A DNA stretch of 32,000 bases from Wolbachia endosymbiont of Drosophila innubila (GCF_021378375.1 NZ_CP076228.1:870001-902000); one strand, 5' to 3'; positions 1 through 10,439 are shown, numbered from the stretch's first letter. The notes: generated by a model from the letters alone, not told the origin. Numbers and translations are program-made.

Positions 1-852
1 TAATATTTTCAACGTATAACCAAGGTTATGAATATTAAATGCAATAATAATAATACAACTCAAGATATATATAAGTGACATAATAGGCACTAGTGCAGAA
101 GATACTCTAGCTATCCTTTTAATTCCGCCAATAATCACTAGAGCAAGCAGCGCAGAAATTATGGAAGAAAGAAACCAAGAGTGACCATCTACCCAACTTG
201 AATAGCCAGATAATATTGAAACCATTTGGTTGGTTTGAAACGCTACACTTCCACCAAGACCTGATAATACAAAGAATACTGCATACATGGCAGCCAGCAC
301 AATACCAAGTTTTTTAAATCCAAATTCCTCCAGACCATTCCTTATATACTGAAAGGGACCACTAAACAATTGGTCCTGATCTTCTGTTCTATGTCTAAAC
401 GCCAACGTTACCTCAGCAAATTTTGTTGACATACCAAAAAAACCTGTAATCATCATCCAAGGCACCGCTCCTGGTCCACCCATTGAAACTGCAATTGCGA
501 CTCCAGCAACAGTTCCAAGGCCTACTGTGCTTGAAAGTGCAGTCATAAATGCCTGAAAATGCGTAATATGACCATCATGGTGATTCGTGTCATATTTTCC
601 ACATAAAATAGCAAACGCATGCTTAAACATTCTTATGTTGAGAAATCCAAAACGTAATGTTAGAAACACATAACCAAAAACTAGTAGAAGGATTATAAAT
701 GGCACGTAAAGGATCTTGAAAAACAGTACTTCATTCATGAAGTTATTTATTCCATTCAACACAGCGTCATAACTTTCGTAAAAACCTGAAACAGCGTACA
801 CATCATTAAACAATAGGCAAAATAACACCATACAAAGCAATCTATAAATCAT
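1..852 (-). CDS. Alanine/glycine:cation symporter (AGCS family), 5' part; 3' end lies beyond the window start
   Basis: Not in the ORF track because there is no stop inside the window. Hand translation of the reverse strand from ATG (852..850) is open for all 284 codons to base 1: MIYRLLCMVLF...GHITHFQAFMTALSSTVGLGTVAGVAIAVSMGGPGAVPWMMITGFFGMSTKFAEVTLAFRHR. It is collinear with the adjacent 447-aa paralog (ITHIQAFATVISGTVGLGTISGVAIAITIGGPSAVFWMVITGILGMSIKFAEVVLAFTYR). Confidence 0.8.
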   Translation of the reverse strand, partial: MIYRLLCMVLFCLLFNDVYAVSGFYESYDAVLNGINNFMNEVLFFKILYVPFIILLLVFGYVFLTLRFGFLNIRMFKHAFAILCGKYDTNHHDGHITHFQAFMTALSSTVGLGTVAGVAIAVSMGGPGAVPWMMITGFFGMSTKFAEVTLAFRHRTEDQDQLFSGPFQYIRNGLEEFGFKKLGIVLAAMYAVFFVLSGLGGSVAFQTNQMVSILSGYSSWVDGHSWFLSSIISALLALVIIGGIKRIARVSSALVPIMSLIYILSCIIIIAFNIHNLGYTLKIL

Positions 853-853
853 G

Positions 854-2197
854 TTAATACCCTTTAGAATTGTAATAAGAATCTATTGTATTCAAAACTT
901 CCCTTCTTAGTAGATATATTGCAACAGCATTTGGAATCATAAGGCACATAAACAAACTGTCACCTAGATAAGATATAAATTCTATATTCTTTGACATACA
1001 GCTGATATACACTGAAACCACTATAAGAATTTGGAACGGTATCAGTATTTTTTTACTACCAAATAAATACAGCAAAGCAACTTCACAGTAGTAACAATAA
1101 GCTATTATTGTGGAAAATGCAAAGGAAAACATCATTAGCGGAAAAACTAACTTGCTGAACAAGGGCAAAGCTGTTGAAAATATCGAACTAATTAGTGTAA
1201 TATCACCCACGTTATCAGTGCTATGCATACCAGTGATAATTATCACAATACCAGTCAAAAATGAGATTAATATTGTGTCTATAAGTGGTGCAATCATTGC
1301 AACGCACCCAACTTTAATTGGATCTTCTTCTTTTACAGCTGAATGTGCTATAGCTGCTGTTCCGGTACCTGCTTCGTTAGCAAACACTGATCTTCTCACT
1401 CCGGCTATTAATCCGCTCAATACTCCGCTTCCTATAGCTGATTTATTGAAGATATCTTGGAATATTATGGATAGAGCATTCAGCAAATTACTTCCGTTTA
1501 CATAAATTAAATATATACACATACCCACATATAGCACTATCATAATTGGTGCTAAGCTCGTTGAAACGAAAGCAATGCGCTTTATCCCTCCCAATATTAC
1601 AATAAAGACAAGCAGGGATATAATAATGGATGCGTTGTATTCTAGGAGGTTATTTGATAGTACTGCTATTTGATTTGCTTGAAATGGTATACCGCCCAAA
1701 ATCATTGCAATAAGTAGCATAATCGCATAAGTGAAGGCAAGAAATCTACCAGTTTTTGCAAATCCAATTTTTGCAAGCCCGTACTTCATGTAATAAAAAG
1801 CCCCGCCAGTTGTATTTTCAGAGCGATAAGTAAATGCAAGCACCACCTCGGCAAACTTTATCGACATACCAAGTATTCCGGTAATTACCATCCAAAAAAC
1901 TGCACTTGGGCCCCCTATTGTGATAGCTATTGCAACTCCTGATATTGTTCCAAGACCAACTGTTCCTGAAATTACTGTTGCAAACGCTTGAATATGAGTG
2001 ATTATGCCATTGTTGCTGTTATTACACTTTAGATTGAATAGCGTCTGTATTCCATATTTAAGTAACCTAAAGTTAATGAATTTGAACTGGGCAGTACAAA
2101 AGATTCCAGTTGCAATTACCCAAATAATTATAAATGGAATGTTGAATATCTTTATATACAGAAATGAATTTAATAGTTCACTTATCTTCAAAATCAT
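854..2197 (-). CDS. Alanine/glycine:cation symporter (AGCS family)
   Basis: 447-aa polytopic membrane ORF with AGCS-type conserved blocks (QAFATVISGTVGLGTISGVAIAI..GGPSAVFWM; FANEAGTGTAAIAHSA). Its stop (856..854) is 1 nt from the ATG of the downstream paralog. Confidence 0.85.
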   Translation of the reverse strand: MILKISELLNSFLYIKIFNIPFIIIWVIATGIFCTAQFKFINFRLLKYGIQTLFNLKCNNSNNGIITHIQAFATVISGTVGLGTISGVAIAITIGGPSAVFWMVITGILGMSIKFAEVVLAFTYRSENTTGGAFYYMKYGLAKIGFAKTGRFLAFTYAIMLLIAMILGGIPFQANQIAVLSNNLLEYNASIIISLLVFIVILGGIKRIAFVSTSLAPIMIVLYVGMCIYLIYVNGSNLLNALSIIFQDIFNKSAIGSGVLSGLIAGVRRSVFANEAGTGTAAIAHSAVKEEDPIKVGCVAMIAPLIDTILISFLTGIVIIITGMHSTDNVGDITLISSIFSTALPLFSKLVFPLMMFSFAFSTIIAYCYYCEVALLYLFGSKKILIPFQILIVVSVYISCMSKNIEFISYLGDSLFMCLMIPNAVAIYLLRREVLNTIDSYYNSKGY

Positions 2198-2219
2198 GCA
2201 GTTTTCTATTTTTTGTTAG

Positions 2220-2990
2220 CTAACGAGTTTTATATGTAAAATATATGTAAAACCCGATGCTTATTGGAATAGTAAGTGTATACACTATACCTAAAATTGG
2301 TAGAGTCATCCAGGGCTTACTGATGAAAAATACAATAAGTACTCCAAAAAATGACACAAATATATAGGATAGGCTTTTGGGAATATAAATATATTTTGCA
2401 GAGAAAGTTGGAATGTGACTTATCGAAAAAAATGAAATGGCCAGAAAGTAACAAGCTACGTTTCTTGTGTTAAAAAATCGCTCTATGAGAAGTAAGTATT
2501 CACTCTCATGAGATTGAAAGGTAATAATTATTGGTAACAAAGAAAGTAAAGCACACACTGGAGCTGGAACACCAGAAAAGAAAAATTTTTCCCAGTATGG
2601 TTGTTCTGAGTGTAGCGAAACATTAAATCTTGCAAGTCTTATTGATATGCAGATTACGTATATCATTACTAAAATCCAACCTATGACTTTGATTTCGTTT
2701 AGCTTCCAAAAATACAAAAGAAATGCAGGCGCTGCACCAAAATTTAGAAAATCTGCAAAAGAATCAAGCTGGGCTCCAAAATCGCTAGTTGATTTTAGAA
2801 TTCTAGCTATTCTGCCATCCATTCCATCTATTATTGCTGCAATGATGATAAAAATTACTGAGAATTCCCATTGTTCATTAAATGTAAATTTAAGTGAAGT
2901 GAGACCAGAACATAAACCCAATAAAGTTATAAAGTTTGGGAATAATTTAGTAATAGGTAAGAATCTACTGTTACTTCCCTCGTTATTCAT
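2220..2990 (-). CDS. pssA: CDP-diacylglycerol--serine O-phosphatidyltransferase
   Basis: CDP-alcohol phosphatidyltransferase signature [27 protein letters not shown]; multi-TM 256-aa protein. The ATG overlaps the psd stop (ATGA, 2987..2990). Confidence 0.85.
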
Positions 2991-3679
2991 ATAACGTCAA
3001 AAGTAAGCTTCTCTTGAACGTTTTCCTTATTTAAGTTTGCTATAATTGTTTCACCACCAATAACAGTTTGCCCTTCTGAAACTCTGACTTCTGTATCAGC
3101 AGGAACATAGATATTCACTCTACTGCCAAACCTTATAATTCCAAACCTTTCACCTGCTTTTACGTTCTGGGATATTCCTAAATTACAAACGATACGACGT
3201 GCAATTAATCCAGCTATTTGCTCCACAATAATTTCTTTCCCCTTTTCGTATTCAATTACAATAACCTGCTTTTCATTTTCATTACTAGACCTATTGCTCA
3301 TTGCGGATACAAACTTGCCTTTTTTATAACTCATTTCCTTTATCGTACCAGATATTGGTATACGGTTCACATGGACGTTCAAAACACTTAAAAATATGCT
3401 AACAAGCGTAAACTTCTTCTCCTCTCCGTTTTCTGCTGATAAAGGATAATTAACTTCTTCAATTTTTGAAATCACACCATCAGCAGGACTTAATATAAGA
3501 TTCTTATTGTTTGGCACAGCTCTTGCTGGATCACGAAAGAAATAAGTACACAATAATGTCGGAAACAAGCACGTAACGCCAAACCCCCAAGATATAGAGA
3601 ATGCTATACACGTTACTATAAAGGAAACTACTATAAATGAATAACCTTCCCTGTTTATATTAGGTAAACCAAAACACAT
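2987..3679 (-). CDS. psd: Phosphatidylserine decarboxylase proenzyme (short form)
   Basis: 230 aa with an N-terminal TM segment. The C-terminal block [18 protein letters not shown] contains the Gly-Ser self-cleavage site typical of Psd. Translationally coupled to pssA. Confidence 0.85.
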
Positions 3680-3866
3680 AATCTTATTAACAATAACCTA
3701 TTGTTAACAATTTATCATTTATAATTTCTCATGAAAAGCTTTTTTTAACTGCTTCAGCAAAGTCTTTTTGATACAAGGTAACATTACAGATTGTTATATT
3801 AGCACATAGAATTACCGTCATACTGTAACAACCCGTCCAACACAAAATCTAATGCCTAAGTTTAGA

Positions 3867-4934
3867 TCAGAAAACTGATTCTTCTAAAAGTTGCTCACTA
3901 TCCTCGTCTATTATGATAGAATTATCATGATTTCTGAGTAAATCTCTGATTTTCGTTTCTATTTCATTTGCGACTTCTTTGTTTGTTTTTAGGTAAGTTT
4001 TTACATTCTCTCTTCCTTGCCCAAGACGTGTGTTGTTATATGAATAGTAAGCGCCTGCTTTTTCAAGCACACCAAGCTTTGCTCCCATATCTATTATTTC
4101 TCCGAGTTTTGATATACCTTCATTGTACATTATATCAAATTTCGCTTCTCTAAATGGAGGAGCAACTTTATTTTTTACAACTTTAACTCTTGTTTCATTA
4201 CCTGTAATATTTTCTTTGTCTTTTATTACACCAACTTTTCTTATATCAAGCCTTACAGAAGTATAGAATTTTAATGCATTTCCACCCGTGGTAGTTTCAG
4301 GATTTCCATACACTACTCCTATTTTCATACGAATTTGATTAATAAATATCAATATACAGTTCGCTTTTGAAACGGCAGAGGTTAGTTTCCGTAGCCCATG
4401 ACTTAGAAGCCTTGCTTGCAGCCCCATATGTTGATCACCCATATCACCTTCAATTTCAGCTCTTGGAGTTAATGCTGCGACAGAGTCAATAACTATCACA
4501 TCAACCGCACCAGAACACACTAAATACTCAACAATATGCAACGCCTGCTCTCCAGTGTCTGGTTGTGAAATCACTAAATCATCAGTGCTTACCCCAAGTT
4601 TACGAGCATATAAGACATCCAATGCATGTTCTGCATCGATAAATGCGCATGATCCTCCTTTTTTTTGTGCTTCAGCAATCACGTGCAAGGCAAGAGTGGT
4701 TTTACCAGAACTCTCGGGGCCAAATATTTCAATTATACGCCCTTTTGGCAGACCTCCAACACCTAGAGCCGAATCAAGCGCAATTGATCCTGTGGATATT
4801 GTGTCTATTTTTTCTACAGGGTTTTGCTTCAACTTCATTATTGCACCTTTACCGAATGCTTTTTCAATCTGGCTTATTGCGTTATCTAGCGCTTTTTGTT
4901 TATCACTATTTCTTTCTTCTGGGTTACTTGCCAT
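3867..4934 (-). CDS. recA: Recombinase RecA
   Basis: Full-length RecA: [12 protein letters not shown], Walker [35 protein letters not shown]. Confidence 0.97.
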
Positions 4935-5088
4935 AGATCATTTATTAATTTATATAATTCTCTATGATAATCAAACGCGAATAACCTGCCAAGGTTTTTC
5001 TAGTATTTATGTATTATTTCAATGAAAAATATTAACGTTTTCATAAAGCAGATATTTGTTTGCCTTCGTTAGTAACACACTATACTTT

Positions 5089-5323
5089 AGTGTACGAACG
5101 TTGCAATTTGCAGCATAGCAGGTGATGTCATCCAAGTAGCCAACACTGAAATGACTAAATTCGAAATGGCTACATGAATTTATTGTAAATTACTACCGTA
5201 TAAGGTGCGATGCAACAAAGCCATTCCAGTGTCAGCTACTTGAATGACACCTCTTAGATGGGTCAGCTACTCAGATCTGCCATGAAAACTGCAACCCTAA
5301 ATGTTGGAGCACTGTCGTACACT
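5089..5323. repeat. Long imperfect palindromic MITE-like element (repeat family shared with >=9 other sites)
   Basis: Outer inverted ends are AGTGTACGA (5089) and TCGTACACT (5323). Inner inverted pair is GTCATCCAAGTAGCCAACACTGAAATGAC (5126..) versus CATTCCAGTGTCAGCTACTTGAATGAC (5221..). The central ~96 nt recur at 19674..19769. Confidence 0.75.
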
Positions 5324-5413
5324 AAGCGCTGTAATGACAATTTTAGTCGCTTCATACACTTATCATGCTAGTCATAACAGAAATAATTTTTACCAAAGAT
5401 ATTTATGAAATAA

Positions 5414-5442
5414 TTGACATAGTTTGGAAATATGTATATTAT
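5414..5442 (+). promoter_or_regulatory. Putative sigma-70 promoter for the J-like membrane protein gene
   Basis: TTGACA (5414..5419) - 17 nt - TATTAT (5437..5442), about 50 nt upstream of the start at 5493. Such hexamers can arise by chance in AT-rich DNA. Confidence 0.35.
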
Positions 5443-5492
5443 AGAACATTAATAGTTAGTTAATTTGTAGGTGTAATGTAGCTAGAAATGTT

Positions 5493-6521
5493 TTGAATGA
5501 AAATGAGTACCACGCTTTAAAGCAGTTGTTTTTAACATTTAATATTCAAAAGGAGGATGTGGTAAATTCTGACATTAAGAATATTAAGAAAAAGCTTAGT
5601 CAACAATACCGTAAATTATCGTTAAAATATCACTCAGATAAAAACCCAAACAATAAAGAAGCGGAGGAGAAATTTAAGGTTATTGCATTAAATAAGCCAT
5701 TTTTTGAAGAATTTATAATAGAGCCATTGGAGAAAGGTCTCAATAAAAGAAATAATTTAATAAAAGAATTACGCGGTAAGTTGTGGAGTCGCAGTTATGA
5801 AGAATTGCAAAAATACTTAGATGATAAGTGCAGAAATAAACTCTATAATAAGCAGCAGTCAATTAACAATAATGTAACTGCTTATGTAAAATATTCTTCT
5901 TATTCAAATCTCTTAGGAGTTCTTTTAGTATCCTTCACATCAATTGCATTTTTAATAATTAATGGTATTTCTTCTAATGTACCAATAGCAGTAGATTTTC
6001 TTGCTCCCTTGTTAGCAGGATCTATTTTAAATCTAGCTGTTAAGAGCATTTATACTAGAAATGGGAAAGAGTTTAATCATCAGACTAATATTTTATTATT
6101 GTTTAACTTTGACCAAGAATGCGAAAATTTTTCAAAGAGTGATAGGACTAAATTAAAGTGGCTAAAAAATTCAGTTATTTTGAGCAACACAATCTGTACA
6201 TCTTTAATGTTTTTCGGTATGGGATTAGATTTAGTTGCCAACGGCTTTGGTATAACTAACTCTATGATGTTATCCGGCTTATTACTTTCATTACCATTCA
6301 CGCTTTTAATTGTTACTTCACCTATTTTAAATGCTGCAAGTAATTATATTCTCAAAAAGACAGCTATAAATTCAATTGAGGAGCAATTTAAAGGTGATGA
6401 TCAGTTTATAGAAGTCGATAACGAAAAGCCAAGCAGTACTATGAGCAATCAAAGTTATTTCCCCATCGATCAGTTAATATCATCAAAGTTAGCTATTCTC
6501 CATAGCGAAGTCTCTAGCTAG
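5493..6521 (+). CDS. Polytopic membrane protein with N-terminal J-like domain (HPD replaced by HSD)
   Basis: YRKLSLKYHSDKNPNNKEAEEKFKVI matches J-domain helices II-III, but the catalytic tripeptide reads HSD (CAC TCA GAT, 5631..5639). The C-terminal ~200 aa contain several hydrophobic helices. Only a TTG start is available at 5493. Confidence 0.65.
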   Translation: MNENEYHALKQLFLTFNIQKEDVVNSDIKNIKKKLSQQYRKLSLKYHSDKNPNNKEAEEKFKVIALNKPFFEEFIIEPLEKGLNKRNNLIKELRGKLWSRSYEELQKYLDDKCRNKLYNKQQSINNNVTAYVKYSSYSNLLGVLLVSFTSIAFLIINGISSNVPIAVDFLAPLLAGSILNLAVKSIYTRNGKEFNHQTNILLLFNFDQECENFSKSDRTKLKWLKNSVILSNTICTSLMFFGMGLDLVANGFGITNSMMLSGLLLSLPFTLLIVTSPILNAASNYILKKTAINSIEEQFKGDDQFIEVDNEKPSSTMSNQSYFPIDQLISSKLAILHSEVSS

Positions 6522-7778
6522 GAACAATGAGCCACAGATTAGTATGGTTTTGACGTTTTGGGTAGAGGCTTTTAATATGTGATTTGATATTGCATCGCCA
6601 ATTGATTCACATTCAACTGCTTTTATTCCTATGTTATTGGCTTTTTCCCTAATCAAATTTGTATTTGTTGCTTTAGGTTCAGACTTAACACAAACCGCAC
6701 ATAGTAGCTTGATATATGGCTTTAAGTGCTCTAAGAACTCTTCCACATTTCTGTTACTAGTAACACCAAAAACCATATAAATACCTTCAGCAAAATTATC
6801 TTTTACCCACTGAGATAGTACTCTAGCACCATCATTATTGTGTGCACCATCTAAAAATAATTGCCAATCTTTCGGTAGTAGGAAAATTAAATTACCTTCT
6901 TTTATAGACTCTAGCCGTGCAGGCCAATAAGTGCACTGTAAACCTGAAGTGATATCCTCTTCTCCAATATCAAATTCATACTTTCCACTTAAAATACTAC
7001 ATGCTGCAATAGCATTGCCTGCATTAATCACCTGATGATCACCCTTTAAAGATGGCAAAGGAAATTCTATTGATTGAATAGCTGATTGAAAAACCATTTT
7101 GTTGTTCTTTTTTTTGCAATTCCATTCAAGACCTCCTCTATACAAGGGAGATTTCTTATTTATTGCGTGGTGTTCTAGCGTGTTCACTATAGATTTTTCT
7201 TGCGGTGCTATTACGCAAGGAACATTAGGTTTCATTATTCCAGCCTTTTCACCTGCTATAATTTCTACAGTAGGGCCAAGATATTCCGTATGATCAAGTG
7301 CAATGGAAGTAATTATTGTTAAAATCGGATTATCTATAACATTTGTTGCATCAAGCCTTCCACCCATACCCACTTCAACTAAAGTTATATCGGCTTTATG
7401 ACGAGAAAAAGCTAAAAAAGCTGCAATAGTTGCAGCTTCAAACAGAGTGATAGGTTGTTCTGCAATTACTGCACGACATTCTTCTAATAAGCTATATAAT
7501 TCATTATCGTCGATATAGCTGCCGGCTATCACTATCCTCTCATTAAAACTCACTAAATGTGGAGAAGTGTATGCGTGTACCTTATACCCTGCTGCTTGCA
7601 TTATATATCTTATAAATGCTAGTGTTGAGCCTTTCCCATTAGTTCCAGCTATATGAATTACGGGAGGCACTTTTTTCTCGGGGTTATCTAGTTTGCTAAG
7701 AAAGCCTTTTATGCGATCAAGAGAAAAATCATTCGGCCTGCTACCAAGTGGCTTAGGCCAATGAGGCATATATATCAT
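6489..7778 (-). CDS. folC: Bifunctional folylpolyglutamate synthase / dihydrofolate synthase
   Basis: Mur-ligase-type P-loop HIAGTNGKGST and FolC-like blocks (TSPHL, GGRLDATN, DGAHN). ATGA overlap with the upstream mlaC-like gene. Confidence 0.9.
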   Translation of the reverse strand: MIYMPHWPKPLGSRPNDFSLDRIKGFLSKLDNPEKKVPPVIHIAGTNGKGSTLAFIRYIMQAAGYKVHAYTSPHLVSFNERIVIAGSYIDDNELYSLLEECRAVIAEQPITLFEAATIAAFLAFSRHKADITLVEVGMGGRLDATNVIDNPILTIITSIALDHTEYLGPTVEIIAGEKAGIMKPNVPCVIAPQEKSIVNTLEHHAINKKSPLYRGGLEWNCKKKNNKMVFQSAIQSIEFPLPSLKGDHQVINAGNAIAACSILSGKYEFDIGEEDITSGLQCTYWPARLESIKEGNLIFLLPKDWQLFLDGAHNNDGARVLSQWVKDNFAEGIYMVFGVTSNRNVEEFLEHLKPYIKLLCAVCVKSEPKATNTNLIREKANNIGIKAVECESIGDAISNHILKASTQNVKTILICGSLFLARDFAMENS

Positions 7779-8365
7779 GGATTGTTATTGCATTTTAATT
7801 CAGCTATAACGCTTGCTATGCCATGCGTGTCGATTTTTTCACTAAATTGATAACGTTGATTAATAGCAATACTTATTCCACTCATTACAACATCACTTAT
7901 CAAGAAAGAACTGTTATTTTTAGTAACTTTAAAATCAATATTTGTAAATTCTTCATCACCGTAAGAAAATCTTGTACCAATTAAGCAAGTTTCATCGTCA
8001 ACTGCTTTTGTACTCATTATGATCATTTCACTATCATGCATGTATTTATATAAAATTTTAACGCACAAACGCGTAAGATACACTTCATACTCTCTTAAAA
8101 AATCTTCTTTTTCTTTTTGTTTAACTAAAGCCCAATGTTTTCCTATGACGAATTGCGATATTCCTTTGAGGTTAACATTGTTTTGAATGACCTCCTGAAG
8201 CTTTTTTTGCACACATTCCCGGTTTTTTTTATTCTCCTTTGTAGATATACCATCCACTTGTTGCTTCATAGTATGCACAAAAATTTTGTGATCTGTACAA
8301 TTAGTGTAAGCACTTGAAGAAATTACAATAAAAACAATGATAGTTAAAACTTTAGTAATGTTCAT
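7775..8365 (-). CDS. mlaC: Periplasmic phospholipid-binding protein, MlaC/Ttg2D family
   Basis: Signal peptide MNITKVLTIIVFIVISSSA. GKHWALVKQKEKEDFLREYEVYLTRLCVKILYKY and LISDVVMSGISIAINQRYQF align by eye with E. coli MlaC blocks (LGRYYK..REAYFAAFREYL; AYDMIAEGVSMITTKQNEW). Confidence 0.7.
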   Translation of the reverse strand: MNITKVLTIIVFIVISSSAYTNCTDHKIFVHTMKQQVDGISTKENKKNRECVQKKLQEVIQNNVNLKGISQFVIGKHWALVKQKEKEDFLREYEVYLTRLCVKILYKYMHDSEMIIMSTKAVDDETCLIGTRFSYGDEEFTNIDFKVTKNNSSFLISDVVMSGISIAINQRYQFSEKIDTHGIASVIAELKCNNNP

Positions 8366-8661
8366 AAGATATATTTATTAGCTATGATACTTAGAATGCA
8401 AAGTTTAATAAAGATTAAATAATAATCGCTAGCTTTAATATATCTATAGACACACCTTGTATAAATCATCTACAATTAATTAAGGGTCTGTTCTATGCGT
8501 TATGAGTTAAGTTAAATTTCCCGAGAGATAATTTCTAGTCGAGGGAATTGCCTCTATTAATTTCGTTGAAATTGATACGTGATGCCCACCTTAACTTTAG
8601 TCTCAGGAATCTACTAAGGCTGACGGTAGATACGGATCCTATTTTGATTGGTTTAACATTT

Positions 8662-9123
8662 ATGCTTCATCAATACAAAGAACAGGGTGTTTTCCTATGT
8701 TTGCCTAATGAAGTATTCCAAATTGTAATTGATGTTGAAAGGTATCCTGATTTTGTTCCTTGGTGCAAAGCCGTTTATATAAAAGAAAAAATTAACAACC
8801 AAATGGTTGTGGATCTCCTCGCAGCTTTTCATGGAATTAAAGGTAGATATACATCAGAAGTTACTTCTCTTTCTCCAAGTGGAACAAATGAAGGTTGGAT
8901 AAAAGCTGTATCATCAAATGGAATATTTAAACATCTATACAATGAATGGCAATTCATTCCCATAGATGAAAATAAAACTATGGTAAAGTTTTATATAGAG
9001 TTTAAGTTTAAGTCCAACTCATTTTCCACTTTATTAAACTCAGTATATAAGTATACACAAAGTAAAATAATTGCTGCATTTAAAGATAGGGCTGAAAGCC
9101 TTGCTAAACAAAAGTTATTTTGA
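8662..9123 (+). CDS. ratA: SRPBCC-fold COQ10/RatA-family (ubiquinone-binding / ribosome-association toxin-like) protein
   Basis: VERYPDFVPWCKAV motif and ~150-aa length typical of the family. The ORF-track start at 8548 is a TTG; the first ATG (8662) gives the expected size. Confidence 0.7.
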   Translation: MLHQYKEQGVFLCLPNEVFQIVIDVERYPDFVPWCKAVYIKEKINNQMVVDLLAAFHGIKGRYTSEVTSLSPSGTNEGWIKAVSSNGIFKHLYNEWQFIPIDENKTMVKFYIEFKFKSNSFSTLLNSVYKYTQSKIIAAFKDRAESLAKQKLF

Positions 9124-9177
9124 CATTATTAATATAAATGTATAATTTTTTTTAGTAAGTTAAGTGTTTATATTGTA

Positions 9178-9882
9178 ATGATTTTTAGACTATTGTTTTT
9201 ATTAATTTTCATAAGTGTTAATTCTTATGCAGTTGTTAAGCAAGATTTATCCGATAACCAATACATTCAAAAAAAACCCAATGAAATAACATCAAATGAG
9301 CTATTATCGCTATTACCTAATGATAAATTATTAGGAGATCCAAAAGCACCAATTCTAATGATAGAATATGCTTCATTAACTTGTTATCACTGCTCTCTTT
9401 TTCATAGGAATGTTTTTCCTAAAATTAAAGAGAAATATATAGACACAGGTAAGATGTTATATATATTTCGTCATTTTCCTTTGGATTACAGAGGGCTAAA
9501 GGCTGCAATGCTAAGTCATTGCTACGAAAAACAAGAAGACTACTTTAATTTTAACAAAGCTGTTTTTAACTCAATAGATTCGTGGAATTACTACAATTTA
9601 AGTGATTTGACTTTACTACAAAGAATTGCTGCACTAAGCAACTTAAAGCAAGATGCATTTAACCAATGCATTAATGATAAGAAAATAATGGATAAAATCG
9701 TAAATGATAAATCACTGGCAATTAATAAACTTGATATCACAGCCACTCCAATATTTTTCATCAAGCTTAACGATGATAAATCATATATAGAGCATAATAA
9801 AGTTAAACATGGAGGGTATAAAGAGCTGAAATATTTCACTAATGTGATAGATGAATTATATGGAAAAGCTATAGTGAAGTAA
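9178..9882 (+). CDS. dsbA: Periplasmic thiol:disulfide oxidoreductase, DsbA family (CYHC active site)
   Basis: Signal peptide plus thioredoxin-fold active site SLTCYHCSLFH. A CYHC active site is what I recall for the structurally characterised Wolbachia alpha-DsbA1. Confidence 0.85.
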   Translation: MIFRLLFLLIFISVNSYAVVKQDLSDNQYIQKKPNEITSNELLSLLPNDKLLGDPKAPILMIEYASLTCYHCSLFHRNVFPKIKEKYIDTGKMLYIFRHFPLDYRGLKAAMLSHCYEKQEDYFNFNKAVFNSIDSWNYYNLSDLTLLQRIAALSNLKQDAFNQCINDKKIMDKIVNDKSLAINKLDITATPIFFIKLNDDKSYIEHNKVKHGGYKELKYFTNVIDELYGKAIVK

Positions 9883-9911
9883 TATCACTGTAGCTTACCA
9901 TATAAAAGACT

Positions 9912-10190
9912 CTATGCTGAGTCATTGTTTTTCACTACTGTTTGTTGTTTTTTACGCTCAAACTCTCTTTTTTTACTGTGCCAAGTGTAGTAATACATAG
10001 CGATTTTATTCTCTATTAATACTATTGTCCCATCATAAAACTGAACCATATCCATAACTTTTCTCTGAGCTTCATCAAAACGTTCTTTATACTTTTCACG
10101 ATAAGCTGGATTATGTAGTAACATAACCCCTTCATTCTTGTTAGATTTTTTGTTTAACGTTTCAACTTCACCAGCAATAGTATAAGACAT
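9912..10190 (-). CDS. Hypothetical small basic protein (92 aa)
   Basis: Intact ORF with an ATG start, convergent with dsbA. No recognisable motif. Confidence 0.4.
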   Translation of the reverse strand: MSYTIAGEVETLNKKSNKNEGVMLLHNPAYREKYKERFDEAQRKVMDMVQFYDGTIVLIENKIAMYYYTWHSKKREFERKKQQTVVKNNDSA

Positions 10191-10439
10191 ATAACCCCCT
10201 CTAATTGATTATAAAAATTATATTTTAAAAAGAGAAATGCGCATAAACAATCCCTTTAATTCTAGCATAATAATCGACTGTTTATTATACTAGTTAACTA
10301 TAGTACGATATATAATAATTTTGTCACTTAAAATTTTATACTATGAAATAATAACTTAAAATAAATGTTTTTATTATTTTAAACTATATTATTATATTTA
10401 TAAATTGTGTATGAATTAAGTCTCCCTAATTTATAATAT

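Noticed and set aside
3687-3707. Perfect 9-bp inverted repeat TTAACAATA-ACC-TATTGTTAA just upstream of the psd start and downstream of recA
   Set aside because: It is entirely A/T-rich with a 3-nt loop and no flanking U-run. It is too weak to call a terminator or operator in a genome this AT-rich.
6489-6521. 33-nt convergent 3' overlap between the J-like membrane gene and folC
   Set aside because: It is real in the sequence but a common consequence of compact genomes, with no evidence of a regulatory role.
8548-8661. N-terminal extensions in the ORF track (8548 TTG for the COQ10/RatA-like gene; also 12274 for dnaX, 14792 for wsp, 24966 for hisS, 16752 for IalB-like)
   Set aside because: The extensions use TTG/GTG codons, add sequence unrelated to the family N-termini, and in two cases overlap another feature (ffs, nfu). 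The first ATG gives the canonical N-terminus.
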